From the NCBI GenBank assembly GCA_003252535.1, contig QKDN01000046.1, forward strand, positions 27,183-91,182: a stretch of DNA of 64,000 nt. Direction: 5' to 3'. The notes below the pieces were generated by a model, which had not been told where the DNA came from, did no database searches, and worked only from the letters and a program-made list of their open reading frames with translations. The DNA comes from Campylobacterota bacterium (lineage in GTDB: Bacteria; Campylobacterota; Campylobacteria; Campylobacterales; Sulfurovaceae). The position numbers and the translations under genes were made by a program. Shown here in pieces: positions 29,957 to 38,560 of this stretch. Each line of letters opens with the position of its first letter. Position 1 is the stretch's first letter.

Positions 29957-30355
29957 CTACAGTTTTTTGATCGCGATGATCACCGCGCTTGCCTGTATTT
30001 TACTCAGAATAGATAAACTTAACGGCATGACACCCACGACCCGTCTGACATAATGCATCAGAGCAGGCTGCGAACTCTCCCGCGCCCTCTCGAGCCACAG
30101 CTTCTCTATCGTCGCTATCTGCGCTCTGGTCGCCATCCCTTCGCGCTCACCCGATATCTCGGGCTCCATCCTGCCGTCCATCACGCCGAGCAGGTTCCTG
30201 AGCTCGTCGATGGAGAGTCTGCCGCTGCTTGCCACGCCGTAGTTTTCCATCAGGAATGCCTCCCACCCGTCGCTCTGTTTGGCGCTTTTGTACCACGGGT
30301 GGATGTGGATGCGCCGCAGCAGGTTCCTGCGGTATATCTGCTGTCCTTCTGTCAT
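29957..30355 (-). CDS. GemA-like (Mu gp16, DUF1018) regulatory protein
   Basis: 132 aa; YRRNLLRRIHI...SIDELRNLLGVMDG pattern matches the GemA family. Confidence 0.55.
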   Translation of the reverse strand: MTEGQQIYRRNLLRRIHIHPWYKSAKQSDGWEAFLMENYGVASSGRLSIDELRNLLGVMDGRMEPEISGEREGMATRAQIATIEKLWLERARESSQPALMHYVRRVVGVMPLSLSILSKIQASAVIIAIKKL

Positions 30356-30816
30356 GGATGCTCCTTTGCTCTGTTCTCCCGTATCCGGGTCTGTATCCTC
30401 TCGAAGCTCTTCCTGAGCTGCTCGTCCTGCGTCAGGATGGCGAACTCTCCGCTGCTGCGTTCATGCGGCGCGTCGTCGCCCCTGTCTGTCGTCTGCTGCT
30501 TCGGCTTCAGCCTCGCCGCTATGTCGCGGAACCATATCTTCCCCTGCATCCGCTCGTCGACAAATATCTGCCGCATCCGGCGCAGCACATCCTCTTTCGT
30601 CCCGGCGAACTCCCGGACGATCCCCGGATGATCGAAGTGCAGCACGAGCGCCCCGCCGTGGATGGAGCCGTAGTGGAAGTACTTCTGCTGCCGCTCGTCA
30701 AGAGCCCCGGCGAGCTTGCGGATCAGCTCTGCCTCGGCGAGCTTCGGCGAAGAGAGGGCGCTCCCGCTCCCGATCTGCTCGTCTGTCCTTTTGCATACTG
30801 CATTGGGTATCATCAT
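30352..30816 (-). CDS. phage hypothetical protein
   Basis: 154 aa, ATGA-coupled to gemA-like. Confidence 0.45.
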   Translation of the reverse strand: MMIPNAVCKRTDEQIGSGSALSSPKLAEAELIRKLAGALDERQQKYFHYGSIHGGALVLHFDHPGIVREFAGTKEDVLRRMRQIFVDERMQGKIWFRDIAARLKPKQQTTDRGDDAPHERSSGEFAILTQDEQLRKSFERIQTRIRENRAKEHP

Positions 30817-30875
30817 CCCTCCTTCTGTATAGATTCATTCGAGCCCACCGCGGTGGGTTCGGTGAAGCTACCGTG

Positions 30876-31451
30876 CTATGCTGCCTCCATGATATTCATC
30901 CCCGCCCGCAGCAGCGCGGAGCGGAAGAGGAGCTTCGTGTTCGCCATCGTCTGCGGCGTCATGGGGATAGCGGGCAGTGACGGGAAGACACTGTGCGCCG
31001 CTTCGACGATCGCAGCGTCCCATCCCCAGTCGGCGATCCTCTCAGCTCCGTAGAAGGTCACTGCCTCGATATAGAGGGCGATCAGGTCGGCGCGTTTGAT
31101 CTGTGGCGTGTCGATCTGCACCCCGAAGTGCTGTTCGATAGCCCGCTCGATCCGCTTCTCCAGGCTCTTGTAGATGCGCCCGGAGTTGGACTTGATGGGT
31201 GAGATCATGTCCCCGGTGTACGCCTCCGCCGCATCGTGCAGCAGGGCGCCGAGCCTGTGCTCCGGCGATACGATCCGCGCTACGAGCATACTGTGTTCGG
31301 CCACGCTGTAGAGGCGCGGCGTGTGTCCGTTGAACCTCCCGATAGCGCTGAGAGAGTGGATGATATCCTCGATGTCTATCTGGGAGCTGTCGATGTGCTT
31401 CCAGAACCAGATGCGCTTGCCGCTGTATGTGTCGAGAAACTGCTCCATCAT
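30876..31451 (-). CDS. HD-domain phosphohydrolase
   Basis: Start at MMEQFL; H..HD motif (HSMLVA...LLHDAAEAYTGD); ATGA overlap with upstream M15 gene. Confidence 0.55.
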   Translation of the reverse strand: MMEQFLDTYSGKRIWFWKHIDSSQIDIEDIIHSLSAIGRFNGHTPRLYSVAEHSMLVARIVSPEHRLGALLHDAAEAYTGDMISPIKSNSGRIYKSLEKRIERAIEQHFGVQIDTPQIKRADLIALYIEAVTFYGAERIADWGWDAAIVEAAHSVFPSLPAIPMTPQTMANTKLLFRSALLRAGMNIMEAA

Positions 31452-31873
31452 CTCCCCCTGATCTTTCGGATATCGTAGACCTCCCTGGCATCCCTCCCCT
31501 CGAGTGTCGTGATCTGCCAGTGGGGCATATCCCAGCCCCATTTCGCATAGCCCCACTCGATGGGGAGATCGTAGCGGCTGATGATCTCCTGCATGGCTGC
31601 CCTGATCCCGGCATAGTAGCGTTCTTCCCACGAGGGTTTGCCGTCGACGAATGCCACCAGGTCGACCGCCAGCCCGTAGAGGTGGCAGGAGTTGTTCGTT
31701 TTGCTCGATCCCTTCGCTACGAGCTTCGCCTGCTCCTCGGGGGTACGCAGCCCGTCGAACACCATGAAGTCCTGCTTTGTGATGGCGATCGCCTGCATCA
31801 CTGCGAACGCCAGGATGGGATGGACGCCGTCAAGCTCTTTGAGTGAGCGTTTTGAAAGTCTGTACCCGCTCAT
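31448..31873 (-). CDS. peptidase M15 (VanY/L-Ala-D-Glu peptidase family), probable endolysin
   Basis: 141 aa; HLYGLAVDL Zn-binding motif and overall M15A pattern. Confidence 0.6.
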   Translation of the reverse strand: MSGYRLSKRSLKELDGVHPILAFAVMQAIAITKQDFMVFDGLRTPEEQAKLVAKGSSKTNNSCHLYGLAVDLVAFVDGKPSWEERYYAGIRAAMQEIISRYDLPIEWGYAKWGWDMPHWQITTLEGRDAREVYDIRKIRGR

Positions 31874-32379
31874 GCTGCATCCTGCTGTATCTTCTCGATG
31901 TTCGGCTGGATGCGGAAGCTGTCTCTGACCGTCTTTCTGAGTCCGAGTTTCACGAGGACGCTGTCGTCGAGCTCCGCGATCTCATCCCTGTCTGGTCGCT
32001 CCTCGTACACGATACATGACTGGTACCCGTACGCCTTGAGGCTCCTGAGCAGCGCTTCGACCCGCTCCCTGGTCCTGGGGATCGAGACCGACTTGACGAG
32101 CCTGTATCCTATCGTGCCGAAGTTGAGCACCCTGGAGCGTCTACTCGCAAACTCCGCTTTGTTGGCTTCGCAGAAGAGCTCGATAGCTTTCTCCAGTTGT
32201 TTTTTGTCGTTGTCGATCTCCTGGGAGATGGCTTTGGCCTCCTCTCTGATCTTGTTGATCTTCAGTGTCGTATCGCCGTCGATCTGGCTCTTTTCGATAT
32301 CTATTTCGGCGATGCGGCGCAGCGCGTTATCCACATCGTCCCAGCTGTTGATCGTTGTTGTTGTATTGGTTGTTTTCAT
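31870..32379 (-). CDS. Mu Gam-like host-nuclease inhibitor protein
   Basis: 169 aa; coiled-coil N-terminus then motif pattern matching the Gam family. Confidence 0.55.
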   Translation of the reverse strand: MKTTNTTTTINSWDDVDNALRRIAEIDIEKSQIDGDTTLKINKIREEAKAISQEIDNDKKQLEKAIELFCEANKAEFASRRSRVLNFGTIGYRLVKSVSIPRTRERVEALLRSLKAYGYQSCIVYEERPDRDEIAELDDSVLVKLGLRKTVRDSFRIQPNIEKIQQDAA

Positions 32380-32397
32380 TGTATTCTCCTTGTTGTT

Positions 32398-32520
32398 TCA
32401 GTTTCTGAGTCCTACCCACGCCATCGTCAGTACGATCACGCACACCGCGGCGGTGGCTCCGTATGTGAGATACTCGAGCACGCGATCCCACCGCTGCATC
32501 CGCGGGGAACGCCTGCTCAT
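32398..32520 (-). CDS. small membrane protein (40 aa)
   Basis: MSRRSPRMQRWDRVLEYLTYGATAAVCVIVLTMAWVGLRN; ATGA overlap with upstream ORF. Confidence 0.3.
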   Translation of the reverse strand: MSRRSPRMQRWDRVLEYLTYGATAAVCVIVLTMAWVGLRN

Positions 32521-32705
32521 CTCTTGTCCCTTTTCGCTTTCCCCGTGGGGCACTTCTCTATGGATGCAGTGGAGCGCATCCTGTGCCTGCATCTTCCGCT
32601 TTTGGCATCGGTACGCGGCAGCCGCACGGCAACCCTGCGTACATGGAAGGGGCACCTGTCGCATCCTAGCGCAAACTCGTGTCTGGTGTATATCCCGATG
32701 TTCAC
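32517..32705 (-). CDS. small Cys-containing protein (GTG start)
   Basis: 62 aa, GTGA overlap with upstream ORF stop. Confidence 0.25.
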   Translation of the reverse strand: MNIGIYTRHEFALGCDRCPFHVRRVAVRLPRTDAKSGRCRHRMRSTASIEKCPTGKAKRDKR

Positions 32706-32929
32706 GATGCCGCCCCGCCGCTGCCGTGCAGCAGCTGCCAGACGCTCATGTACTGCGGCTCTCCCAATGCCGGCACCTCCACGGCAGGGGCGCCGAGCGA
32801 GATCATCGAGGGGCCGCCGTCGTGTTCGTACTCCACACTGTCCATCACCGCGGCAAATACCTTCGCCATCTTCTCATCCTCGGTATCGAGGACGCTCTTT
32901 CTCTCCGCTCTGTATCCGATCATCTTCAT
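32702..32929 (-). CDS. small phage early protein (75 aa)
   Basis: MKMIGYRAERKS...; ATGA overlap with upstream. Confidence 0.3.
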   Translation of the reverse strand: MKMIGYRAERKSVLDTEDEKMAKVFAAVMDSVEYEHDGGPSMISLGAPAVEVPALGEPQYMSVWQLLHGSGGAAS

Positions 32930-33258
32930 CTCTTCTCCTTCTCGAAAAATATCTCCACAGGGTCGATCCCGATCCCTGCACAGAGCCCGGCTATCTTTTC
33001 CTGGCCAGGATTGTTGATCATCCGTATGCCGCCGGCCCAGTATCTTTTTTGCCCCAGTTTTCGGGAGAGGCTGGTGTCGCTCTCTGCCCCCAGCGCCGTC
33101 CGCAGCGCATCGATCACTTCCGATCCGTTTCTCCTCCGCATCCCGGCAGGGAGGGGGATATCGGTCTCTTCGCTCCGCCTCGCCTTCCGTCTGACCGTAA
33201 GCCTCCGGTCTCCCGACGCCATCGCCACCATCTCCTCGAAGGATGGTCTGCTGCTCAT
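32926..33258 (-). CDS. small HTH-like phage early protein (110 aa)
   Basis: Start at MSSRPSFEEM; ...IDALRTALGAESDTSLSRKLGQKRYWAGGI helix-turn-helix-like segment. Confidence 0.35.
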   Translation of the reverse strand: MSSRPSFEEMVAMASGDRRLTVRRKARRSEETDIPLPAGMRRRNGSEVIDALRTALGAESDTSLSRKLGQKRYWAGGIRMINNPGQEKIAGLCAGIGIDPVEIFFEKEKR

Positions 33259-33581
33259 CTGCCGCCTCCTCTCCCGCACGATCCGCACGCATGTTTCACT
33301 ATGGAGAAGTGGTATCCTCCGATACTCACCCCGTCCCTCACCGCCGCGGCGTACTTTCGGCACACTGCGGGATGGATCTCGTCCTCCAGCGCCTCGCATC
33401 GGATGTGCTCCTCTGCGCCGTAGTATTGCTCCAGCAGCTCGTATATCTTCGAGCCGTCCGCTCCGTATTTCCCCGAGCGCAGCAGGGAGATGGCGGTGCG
33501 GCTCCTGCCGATCCTCTCGGCCACCCGCTGCACTACGCCACCCTCTGCCGCTATCGCTCTCTCCAGCAGTTCCGTACTCAT
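33255..33581 (-). CDS. small DNA-binding/Cys-rich phage early protein
   Basis: Start at MSTELLERAI; HTH-like VVQRVAERIGRSRTAISLL, C-terminal Cys cluster. Confidence 0.35.
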   Translation of the reverse strand: MSTELLERAIAAEGGVVQRVAERIGRSRTAISLLRSGKYGADGSKIYELLEQYYGAEEHIRCEALEDEIHPAVCRKYAAAVRDGVSIGGYHFSIVKHACGSCGRGGGR

Positions 33582-33793
33582 ACGCTCGCTCCTGTGTATC
33601 TGTATTCTCTCTCCATGATCCTCCTTGCCGTGTTGGTCTTCACCACGATGCCGCTGCGCTCCCACTCGCTCATCCATCTGGAGAGCTTGAAGAGAGGGTA
33701 GTCGGTGATCACCGCCACATCCCCCAGGCGGAACCCGCTGTTGCGCCGCATATAGCGCAGCACCGCTTCCTTTTTGTATTTAACCCTTGCCAT
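33578..33793 (-). CDS. small phage early protein (71-77 aa)
   Basis: MARVKYKKEAVLRYMRRNSGF...; overlaps MuB-like stop. Confidence 0.3.
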   Translation of the reverse strand: MARVKYKKEAVLRYMRRNSGFRLGDVAVITDYPLFKLSRWMSEWERSGIVVKTNTARRIMEREYRYTGASV

Positions 33794-34481
33794 TTTCCAC
33801 CCCCAGCTCACGGAACGCAGCCAGCGACACGCTCGTGATGTCCTGGAGCTCGCATGCCTTCTCCAGGCGGGTGAGCAGCACCCTGATCTGCCGGAGGTTG
33901 GGGTATTTCCTGGCGAGGTATGCCACCAGGTCGCTCTCCACCTTCACCTCGCACAGCTCGCAGAACTTCCCCACATCGCCCGCACCGATCGCCTCGAACT
34001 CCACCAGCTCCACCACCCGGCTGTAGTAGTGTCGGTGGCGTTTGAGCTTGGCGTTGCTCTCCTCCATCCCGATGAAGAAGAGGATGATGGAGGTCTCGTC
34101 GTGGATATCGCGCAGCAGCTCCAGCGTCCCGATCTTCTCGCCCCGCAGCAGCGCGTCGATCTCGTCGATGATGATGATGCGGGGCTCCCTGCGCAGATCG
34201 TCGATCACCCGCTCGTACATCCTCCCACTCCCTCCCGAGATATCGAGATCGAGCTCGAGGCAGAGTTTTTCCAATAATTGTTTCTTGCTCCATGTCTGGG
34301 CTGCCCGCAGCAGGATGGCGTTCTTCTTGACCGCGATCCGCTCCAGCCCGAAGGTCTTCCCCAGTCCGAAATTCCCGTACCCCAGCCCCATACGCGGCGA
34401 TGACGCGCTCAGGCTCTCGAGCCTCCCGAAGCTCTCCAGCATCGTTACATAGTTGGCGGTATCTACAAATACTTCTTTCAC
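33780..34481 (-). CDS. MuB-like transposition ATPase
   Basis: 233 aa; Walker A GYGNFGLGKT, Walker B IIIDEID; directly downstream of DDE transposase. Confidence 0.7.
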   Translation of the reverse strand: MKEVFVDTANYVTMLESFGRLESLSASSPRMGLGYGNFGLGKTFGLERIAVKKNAILLRAAQTWSKKQLLEKLCLELDLDISGGSGRMYERVIDDLRREPRIIIIDEIDALLRGEKIGTLELLRDIHDETSIILFFIGMEESNAKLKRHRHYYSRVVELVEFEAIGAGDVGKFCELCEVKVESDLVAYLARKYPNLRQIRVLLTRLEKACELQDITSVSLAAFRELGVENGKG

Positions 34482-34507
34482 AGTGTTCTCCTTTTTTGTC
34501 GCGTTAA

Positions 34508-36433
34508 CTACGCGCTGCTTTTAACGCTCTTCTTTGCCATCTCCCATATCTCCGGGTTGGCAGCCGCCAGCGCCCTGTCCTTGTCGTCTATAGTCCCCTC
34601 GCCGAGCTTCCTGACAAAGCGCTCGAGCAGCGAGGCATACTTGACCACCCCTTTGGCTCTTTTCGTACGCTCCTCATCCTGCATCTCCTGCCGCTCTTCA
34701 TCTCTCTCCTCACTCCTTGCCTCCTCATTTTCGCTGCTGTGTACACCGGCGATGATCCTGTCGTACTCTTCGCCCCGTTTCTCCGCCTCTCTGACCGCTT
34801 TGTTGGCTTTGGAGGCGAGGCGGTTGTAGGCGCTGCGAGCCTCTTTGATGATGCTCCGCTTCGCTTCGTCGCTCACTGCCGGATCGCTTGCGGTACAGAT
34901 GAATTTGCCATTCTCCGGGTCGTACACGGCGACGCTGTGCATATCGTCTGGCTCGATCACCCTCACCCTGCGGCCGATCCACTCGACCAATGCGGTCTCC
35001 CAGTAGATGTTCCTGATGCCGTCTGTGGTGATGACGATCCCCTCCTTGGTGACGGTGCGTACTCTCGATACCCCCATCATCAGATCGAGGGAGCGCTCAC
35101 TCGCCACCCGTCTCGTATGGTGGCCGCTCCACCGCTCGGCCGGGCTCATCCCCAGCGAAGAGTGGCGGCGGTGCTCGTACTTCTCCACCCACTGCTCCAG
35201 AGCTTCCCGGAGCTCGTCGGAGGAGATGGGGATATCGACGAACATATCGGCCTCTCCCCGCCGCAGGATCGCCCTGGCGAACCCGCTCTCGCTCCACTGC
35301 TTCTCCTTCCATCTCGCTATCGCCTCCCGCCGCTTCTCGAAGCTCTTGGACGATCGCAGCGCCTGCGCCTCGGCTACATTGTGCCCGACGAAGCCGCGCA
35401 GCGTACGGAAGAGGTCGCGTGTCAGCGTCCCGAAGAACCGCTCGATATGCGGCTTCATCTCCCCGCTGTACGGGGGAACCTCCCTCTTGCCGATCCCCAT
35501 CGCCAGGCAGATATCCTCGATGTGGTTGCTCGTATAATCCCTGCCGTTGTCGACGATCAGCAGCTCGGGCAGTCCCATCTTGAGGATGGCCCCGCGCAGG
35601 TTGCGGCTCACGGCGTAGCTGCTCGTGCTCTTCTCCATCGAGACGAACACACGGCGGCTGTAGACATCGATCGCCCCGTAGATCGTCCACCGCATCCCGT
35701 CGCTCGTCATCACATCCGCAGGGGTGGCGTCGAGCTCCCAGGCGGCATTGGGGTACCGGTAGGCCTCCGATGCGCTGCCTATGGCGGGTTTGTACTGCCC
35801 CTTTGCGCGGTCGGGGTTGGTGGCGTGATCCCAGAGGTGGCGGTTGGCCTGCTTCCATGCCGCTGCCCACCGCTCCACGGTACGCTGCGACGGTGCGTCG
35901 GGGTAGACCTGCCGCAGCCGCTCACAGATGCTGCTCATGAGCGGATGGATGTCGCGGCGGAGCAGCTCGGATCGGACGAACTCCTGCATCGCCTCCGTCA
36001 TCACCGTAGAGCCTTTCGGTCTGCCGCGCCCGTCACGGAGCGCCTCCACGACGCTCTCCCCTCTGGCGTAGGCTCCCTTGTAGAGGCGTATCCACCGCCT
36101 GAGACTCTGCTCGCTCACCCTCGCATCCCCCAGCTCTTCGACGAACCGGCGCAGGCTCCCCGAGCGCCGCAGTGCCATCTGCACCACGGTCACCCGGTGA
36201 TCGTCCCCCATCGATGGCTTGCGCTCGGGTACCGATGTCGCCTTCGGCTCGACCCATATCTCGTAGACCGTACCGCCGTTGCCGCCGACCCCGTCGCGTT
36301 CGCGGTAGAGGTAGCGTGTCGAGCCGCGCTTGCAGGCAGCCTGTATGGCTCGCGAGCTCACACCGTAGACGATGGCCGCTTCGGTGGTGCTCACCCACAT
36401 TGGAGCCCCTCCCAGGGGAGTGAGCCGATCCAC
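34508..36433 (-). CDS. Mu-type DDE transposase (MuA-like)
   Basis: 641 aa; N-terminal HTH, rve core with D (WELDATP), D (IVDNGRDY), E (PHIERFF); acidic C-terminal tail; alternative start at MWVSTTE. Confidence 0.85.
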   Translation of the reverse strand: MDRLTPLGGAPMWVSTTEAAIVYGVSSRAIQAACKRGSTRYLYRERDGVGGNGGTVYEIWVEPKATSVPERKPSMGDDHRVTVVQMALRRSGSLRRFVEELGDARVSEQSLRRWIRLYKGAYARGESVVEALRDGRGRPKGSTVMTEAMQEFVRSELLRRDIHPLMSSICERLRQVYPDAPSQRTVERWAAAWKQANRHLWDHATNPDRAKGQYKPAIGSASEAYRYPNAAWELDATPADVMTSDGMRWTIYGAIDVYSRRVFVSMEKSTSSYAVSRNLRGAILKMGLPELLIVDNGRDYTSNHIEDICLAMGIGKREVPPYSGEMKPHIERFFGTLTRDLFRTLRGFVGHNVAEAQALRSSKSFEKRREAIARWKEKQWSESGFARAILRRGEADMFVDIPISSDELREALEQWVEKYEHRRHSSLGMSPAERWSGHHTRRVASERSLDLMMGVSRVRTVTKEGIVITTDGIRNIYWETALVEWIGRRVRVIEPDDMHSVAVYDPENGKFICTASDPAVSDEAKRSIIKEARSAYNRLASKANKAVREAEKRGEEYDRIIAGVHSSENEEARSEERDEERQEMQDEERTKRAKGVVKYASLLERFVRKLGEGTIDDKDRALAAANPEIWEMAKKSVKSSA

Positions 36434-36615
36434 ACCCCGTCTCTTTTGAGATTGGAGATGGTCTTGCGTACCATCCCCGTCCCGCCGTTCCTCTCGCCGG
36501 TGAGCTTCTCCGCCAGCACCAGCGAGAGGATCGTCTGATTGAGCCCCTTCGCCCTGGCGTAGCTGTTGACCCCGTAGCCTTTTTTCCTGAACCTCTCTCT
36601 GATACTCTCTTCCAT
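36391..36615 (-). CDS. Ner-like DNA-binding protein
   Basis: Start at MEESIRERF; small basic HTH protein immediately upstream of transposase as Ner in Mu. Confidence 0.5.
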   Translation of the reverse strand: MEESIRERFRKKGYGVNSYARAKGLNQTILSLVLAEKLTGERNGGTGMVRKTISNLKRDGVWIGSLPWEGLQCG

Positions 36616-36647
36616 CCGTTCTCCTTTCGTCCCCCTCTCCCGGGTGA

Positions 36648-37607
36648 TCACACTGCTATGTTGTCTGTGTTGTCTATGTTGTATAGATACTTTTTTCCTG
36701 CGACCTTCTTGGTGTAGAACCGCCCTTCAAATTTCTCGAGGACGGCTCTCGCGCTCTTGTTTTCGTGGCTCTCGCCGATCTGTGCGAAAAGCTCCCGCTG
36801 GTTCAGTTCTCCATGCTTCTCCAGCGCCTTGATGACCCGGTCTACGATACTCTGCTCATAGTCGCTCATCCTGACGCTCTCCAGGTCGATCTCCGAGAGC
36901 CGCAGCTCCCCGGTGTCGATCTCCCACCCCTTGTCCAGTACGCTCGCACGCTCCTTCTGCACCTCCGTCCACAGCCGCAGCCGTCCGCCGCCCGAGGGAC
37001 GGGGATGGACACGGTACATCACATCGATGGAGTTGCGGATCTGGTTGGAGCCCTGGTAGTTGCCGCCGTCCTTGTTGGAGTGGTGGAGGACGATGATCGT
37101 CGCTCCGGCCTCGCGGATGTTCATCAGGGCGTTCATGATCTTCGCCATCTTCGCATCGTTGCGCAGGTCGATCGCGGCATCCTTGAGTGAATCGATGACG
37201 AGCACCATGTCGCTGTACGCCTCCCCCACCGCCATCTCCGCCATACGCATCAGGATGCTGAAGGGATCGCTCTGCATAGAGGTGCGGTGGATGAAGGTCA
37301 TCCGCTCGTACGCCCCTATGAGTATCCGGTCCACCCCGCGCTTCTTGAGCTCGCTTGCGGGATTGTCGGCATCGATCACCACCACTTCCATCCCGGTGCT
37401 ATCGAGTATCCGGTGGAGCACGGAGTGGAGGAGCCAGCTCTTGCCTACCCCGCCGTCGGCATACCACAGGCTGATGAGCCCTTTGGGGAGAAATCCCTCA
37501 ATGATATGCTCCGTACTCCGTTCGAACACCCCCTTGTCTATCGCCATCTCTTTGAGATAACGCAATGCTTCGCCATTCACGACTCCTCCTTGTACCTTAT
37601 GACCCAT
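36648..37607 (-). CDS. RecA-superfamily ATPase (AAA_25-like)
   Basis: 319 aa; Walker A YADGGVGKSW, Walker B VLVIDSL, strong RBS AGGAGG; first gene of early operon. Confidence 0.6.
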   Translation of the reverse strand: MGHKVQGGVVNGEALRYLKEMAIDKGVFERSTEHIIEGFLPKGLISLWYADGGVGKSWLLHSVLHRILDSTGMEVVVIDADNPASELKKRGVDRILIGAYERMTFIHRTSMQSDPFSILMRMAEMAVGEAYSDMVLVIDSLKDAAIDLRNDAKMAKIMNALMNIREAGATIIVLHHSNKDGGNYQGSNQIRNSIDVMYRVHPRPSGGGRLRLWTEVQKERASVLDKGWEIDTGELRLSEIDLESVRMSDYEQSIVDRVIKALEKHGELNQRELFAQIGESHENKSARAVLEKFEGRFYTKKVAGKKYLYNIDNTDNIAV

Positions 37608-37846
37608 CGCCCCTCGGGACGATCGGAGATAGGGTTCAGGTGTTCTTGTATGTTGCCGTACGCTCTCCTACGGACTTCTCTGGCCTTTTACTCACCGTTT
37701 TAGAGGTGTCGTCTGCGGACGCTCAGACGAAAAATGTTAATAAACACAATCATTTGCTATAATTAATCAAGTGATTAAGGAATTATAGAGTAAATATTCT
37801 TCAATGTCAAGAGATTTGAAGAAATTTTCATCAAAAAGGGTGATTT

Positions 37847-38488
37847 ATGAACAGGTTGAAGGAAATAAGGGCGTTTCTCGGGCTATCACAGCAGGAAATG
37901 GCAGACCAGATAGGGGAAAAACGGTACAGGATCAACGATATGGAGAATGGCAAGACAAAGATCCAGGTCGATTTTGCAGAGCTTCTTGAAGAAAAATTCA
38001 ACATCAACCCGTGGTGGCTGCTGACAGGCAAGGGGAATATGGAGAAGAAGAGTACCGAGAAGATCGAGCTGGTAATGGATGATACTATCAGGATGCCCTT
38101 CGTCCGCGGCCAGGCACAGGCGGGAAGGGGTAACGATATCTCCGATATCCGCTACGAAGTGGTGGATACCATGTCGATCTCCAGGGCGCTCTTCAAGACA
38201 CCGCCCACCTCCACCGTCCGTATCATCAAGGTAGACGGCTACAGTATGATCCCTACCCTCTACCCCGACAGCTACTGTATCTTCGATGAATGCGGCCGCT
38301 TCATCACCGACGGACTCTATATCATCAATTACGGCAACGAGCTCATGGTCAAGCTCCTGCAACAGTCCCCCGACGGCAAGCTCCACATCAGATCGACCAA
38401 CCCGGACTACGCCAGCTGGACCATAGACCCTGCATCCGACCAGACACACTTACACATTATAGGCAAAGTACTCCGAATCATCATCTGA
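37847..38488 (+). CDS. CI/LexA-like repressor (HTH_XRE + S24 peptidase)
   Basis: 213 aa; N-terminal HTH (LGLSQQEMADQIG), C-terminal S24 with GYSM Ser and MVKL Lys; divergent from early operon. Confidence 0.8.
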   Translation: MNRLKEIRAFLGLSQQEMADQIGEKRYRINDMENGKTKIQVDFAELLEEKFNINPWWLLTGKGNMEKKSTEKIELVMDDTIRMPFVRGQAQAGRGNDISDIRYEVVDTMSISRALFKTPPTSTVRIIKVDGYSMIPTLYPDSYCIFDECGRFITDGLYIINYGNELMVKLLQQSPDGKLHIRSTNPDYASWTIDPASDQTHLHIIGKVLRIII

Positions 38489-38528
38489 TCCCTTTTGGCA
38501 ACGACACCCCTGTCACTGCCAAAAACGA

Positions 38529-38560
38529 TATTCGTCAATGTTCGCCAAATGTTCGCCAAT
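38529..38560. repeat. three tandem approx 11-bp repeats TATTCGTCAA / TGTTCGCCAAA / TGTTCGCCAAT
   Basis: Seen directly; similar CGCCAAA-core sites at 38511..38525 and 17297..17312. Confidence 0.6.

Noticed and set aside
34739-36538. 599-aa + strand ORF (and similar long ORFs 31898..33838, 32197..33423, 25441..26604, 15815..16927, 39217..40527, 40753..41877, 48401..49438, 51575..52558)
   Set aside because: All lie antisense to well-supported genes in GC-rich DNA, where stop codons are rare. They have Arg/Pro/His-rich low-complexity translations and no motifs.
17297-38525. Direct repeat TGTCAC(Y)YGCCAAAAA at both ends as an integrase att core
   Set aside because: No tyrosine/serine integrase is present, and the element encodes MuA/MuB-like transposition proteins. 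The repeats are more plausibly transposase/operator sites within the terminal regions.
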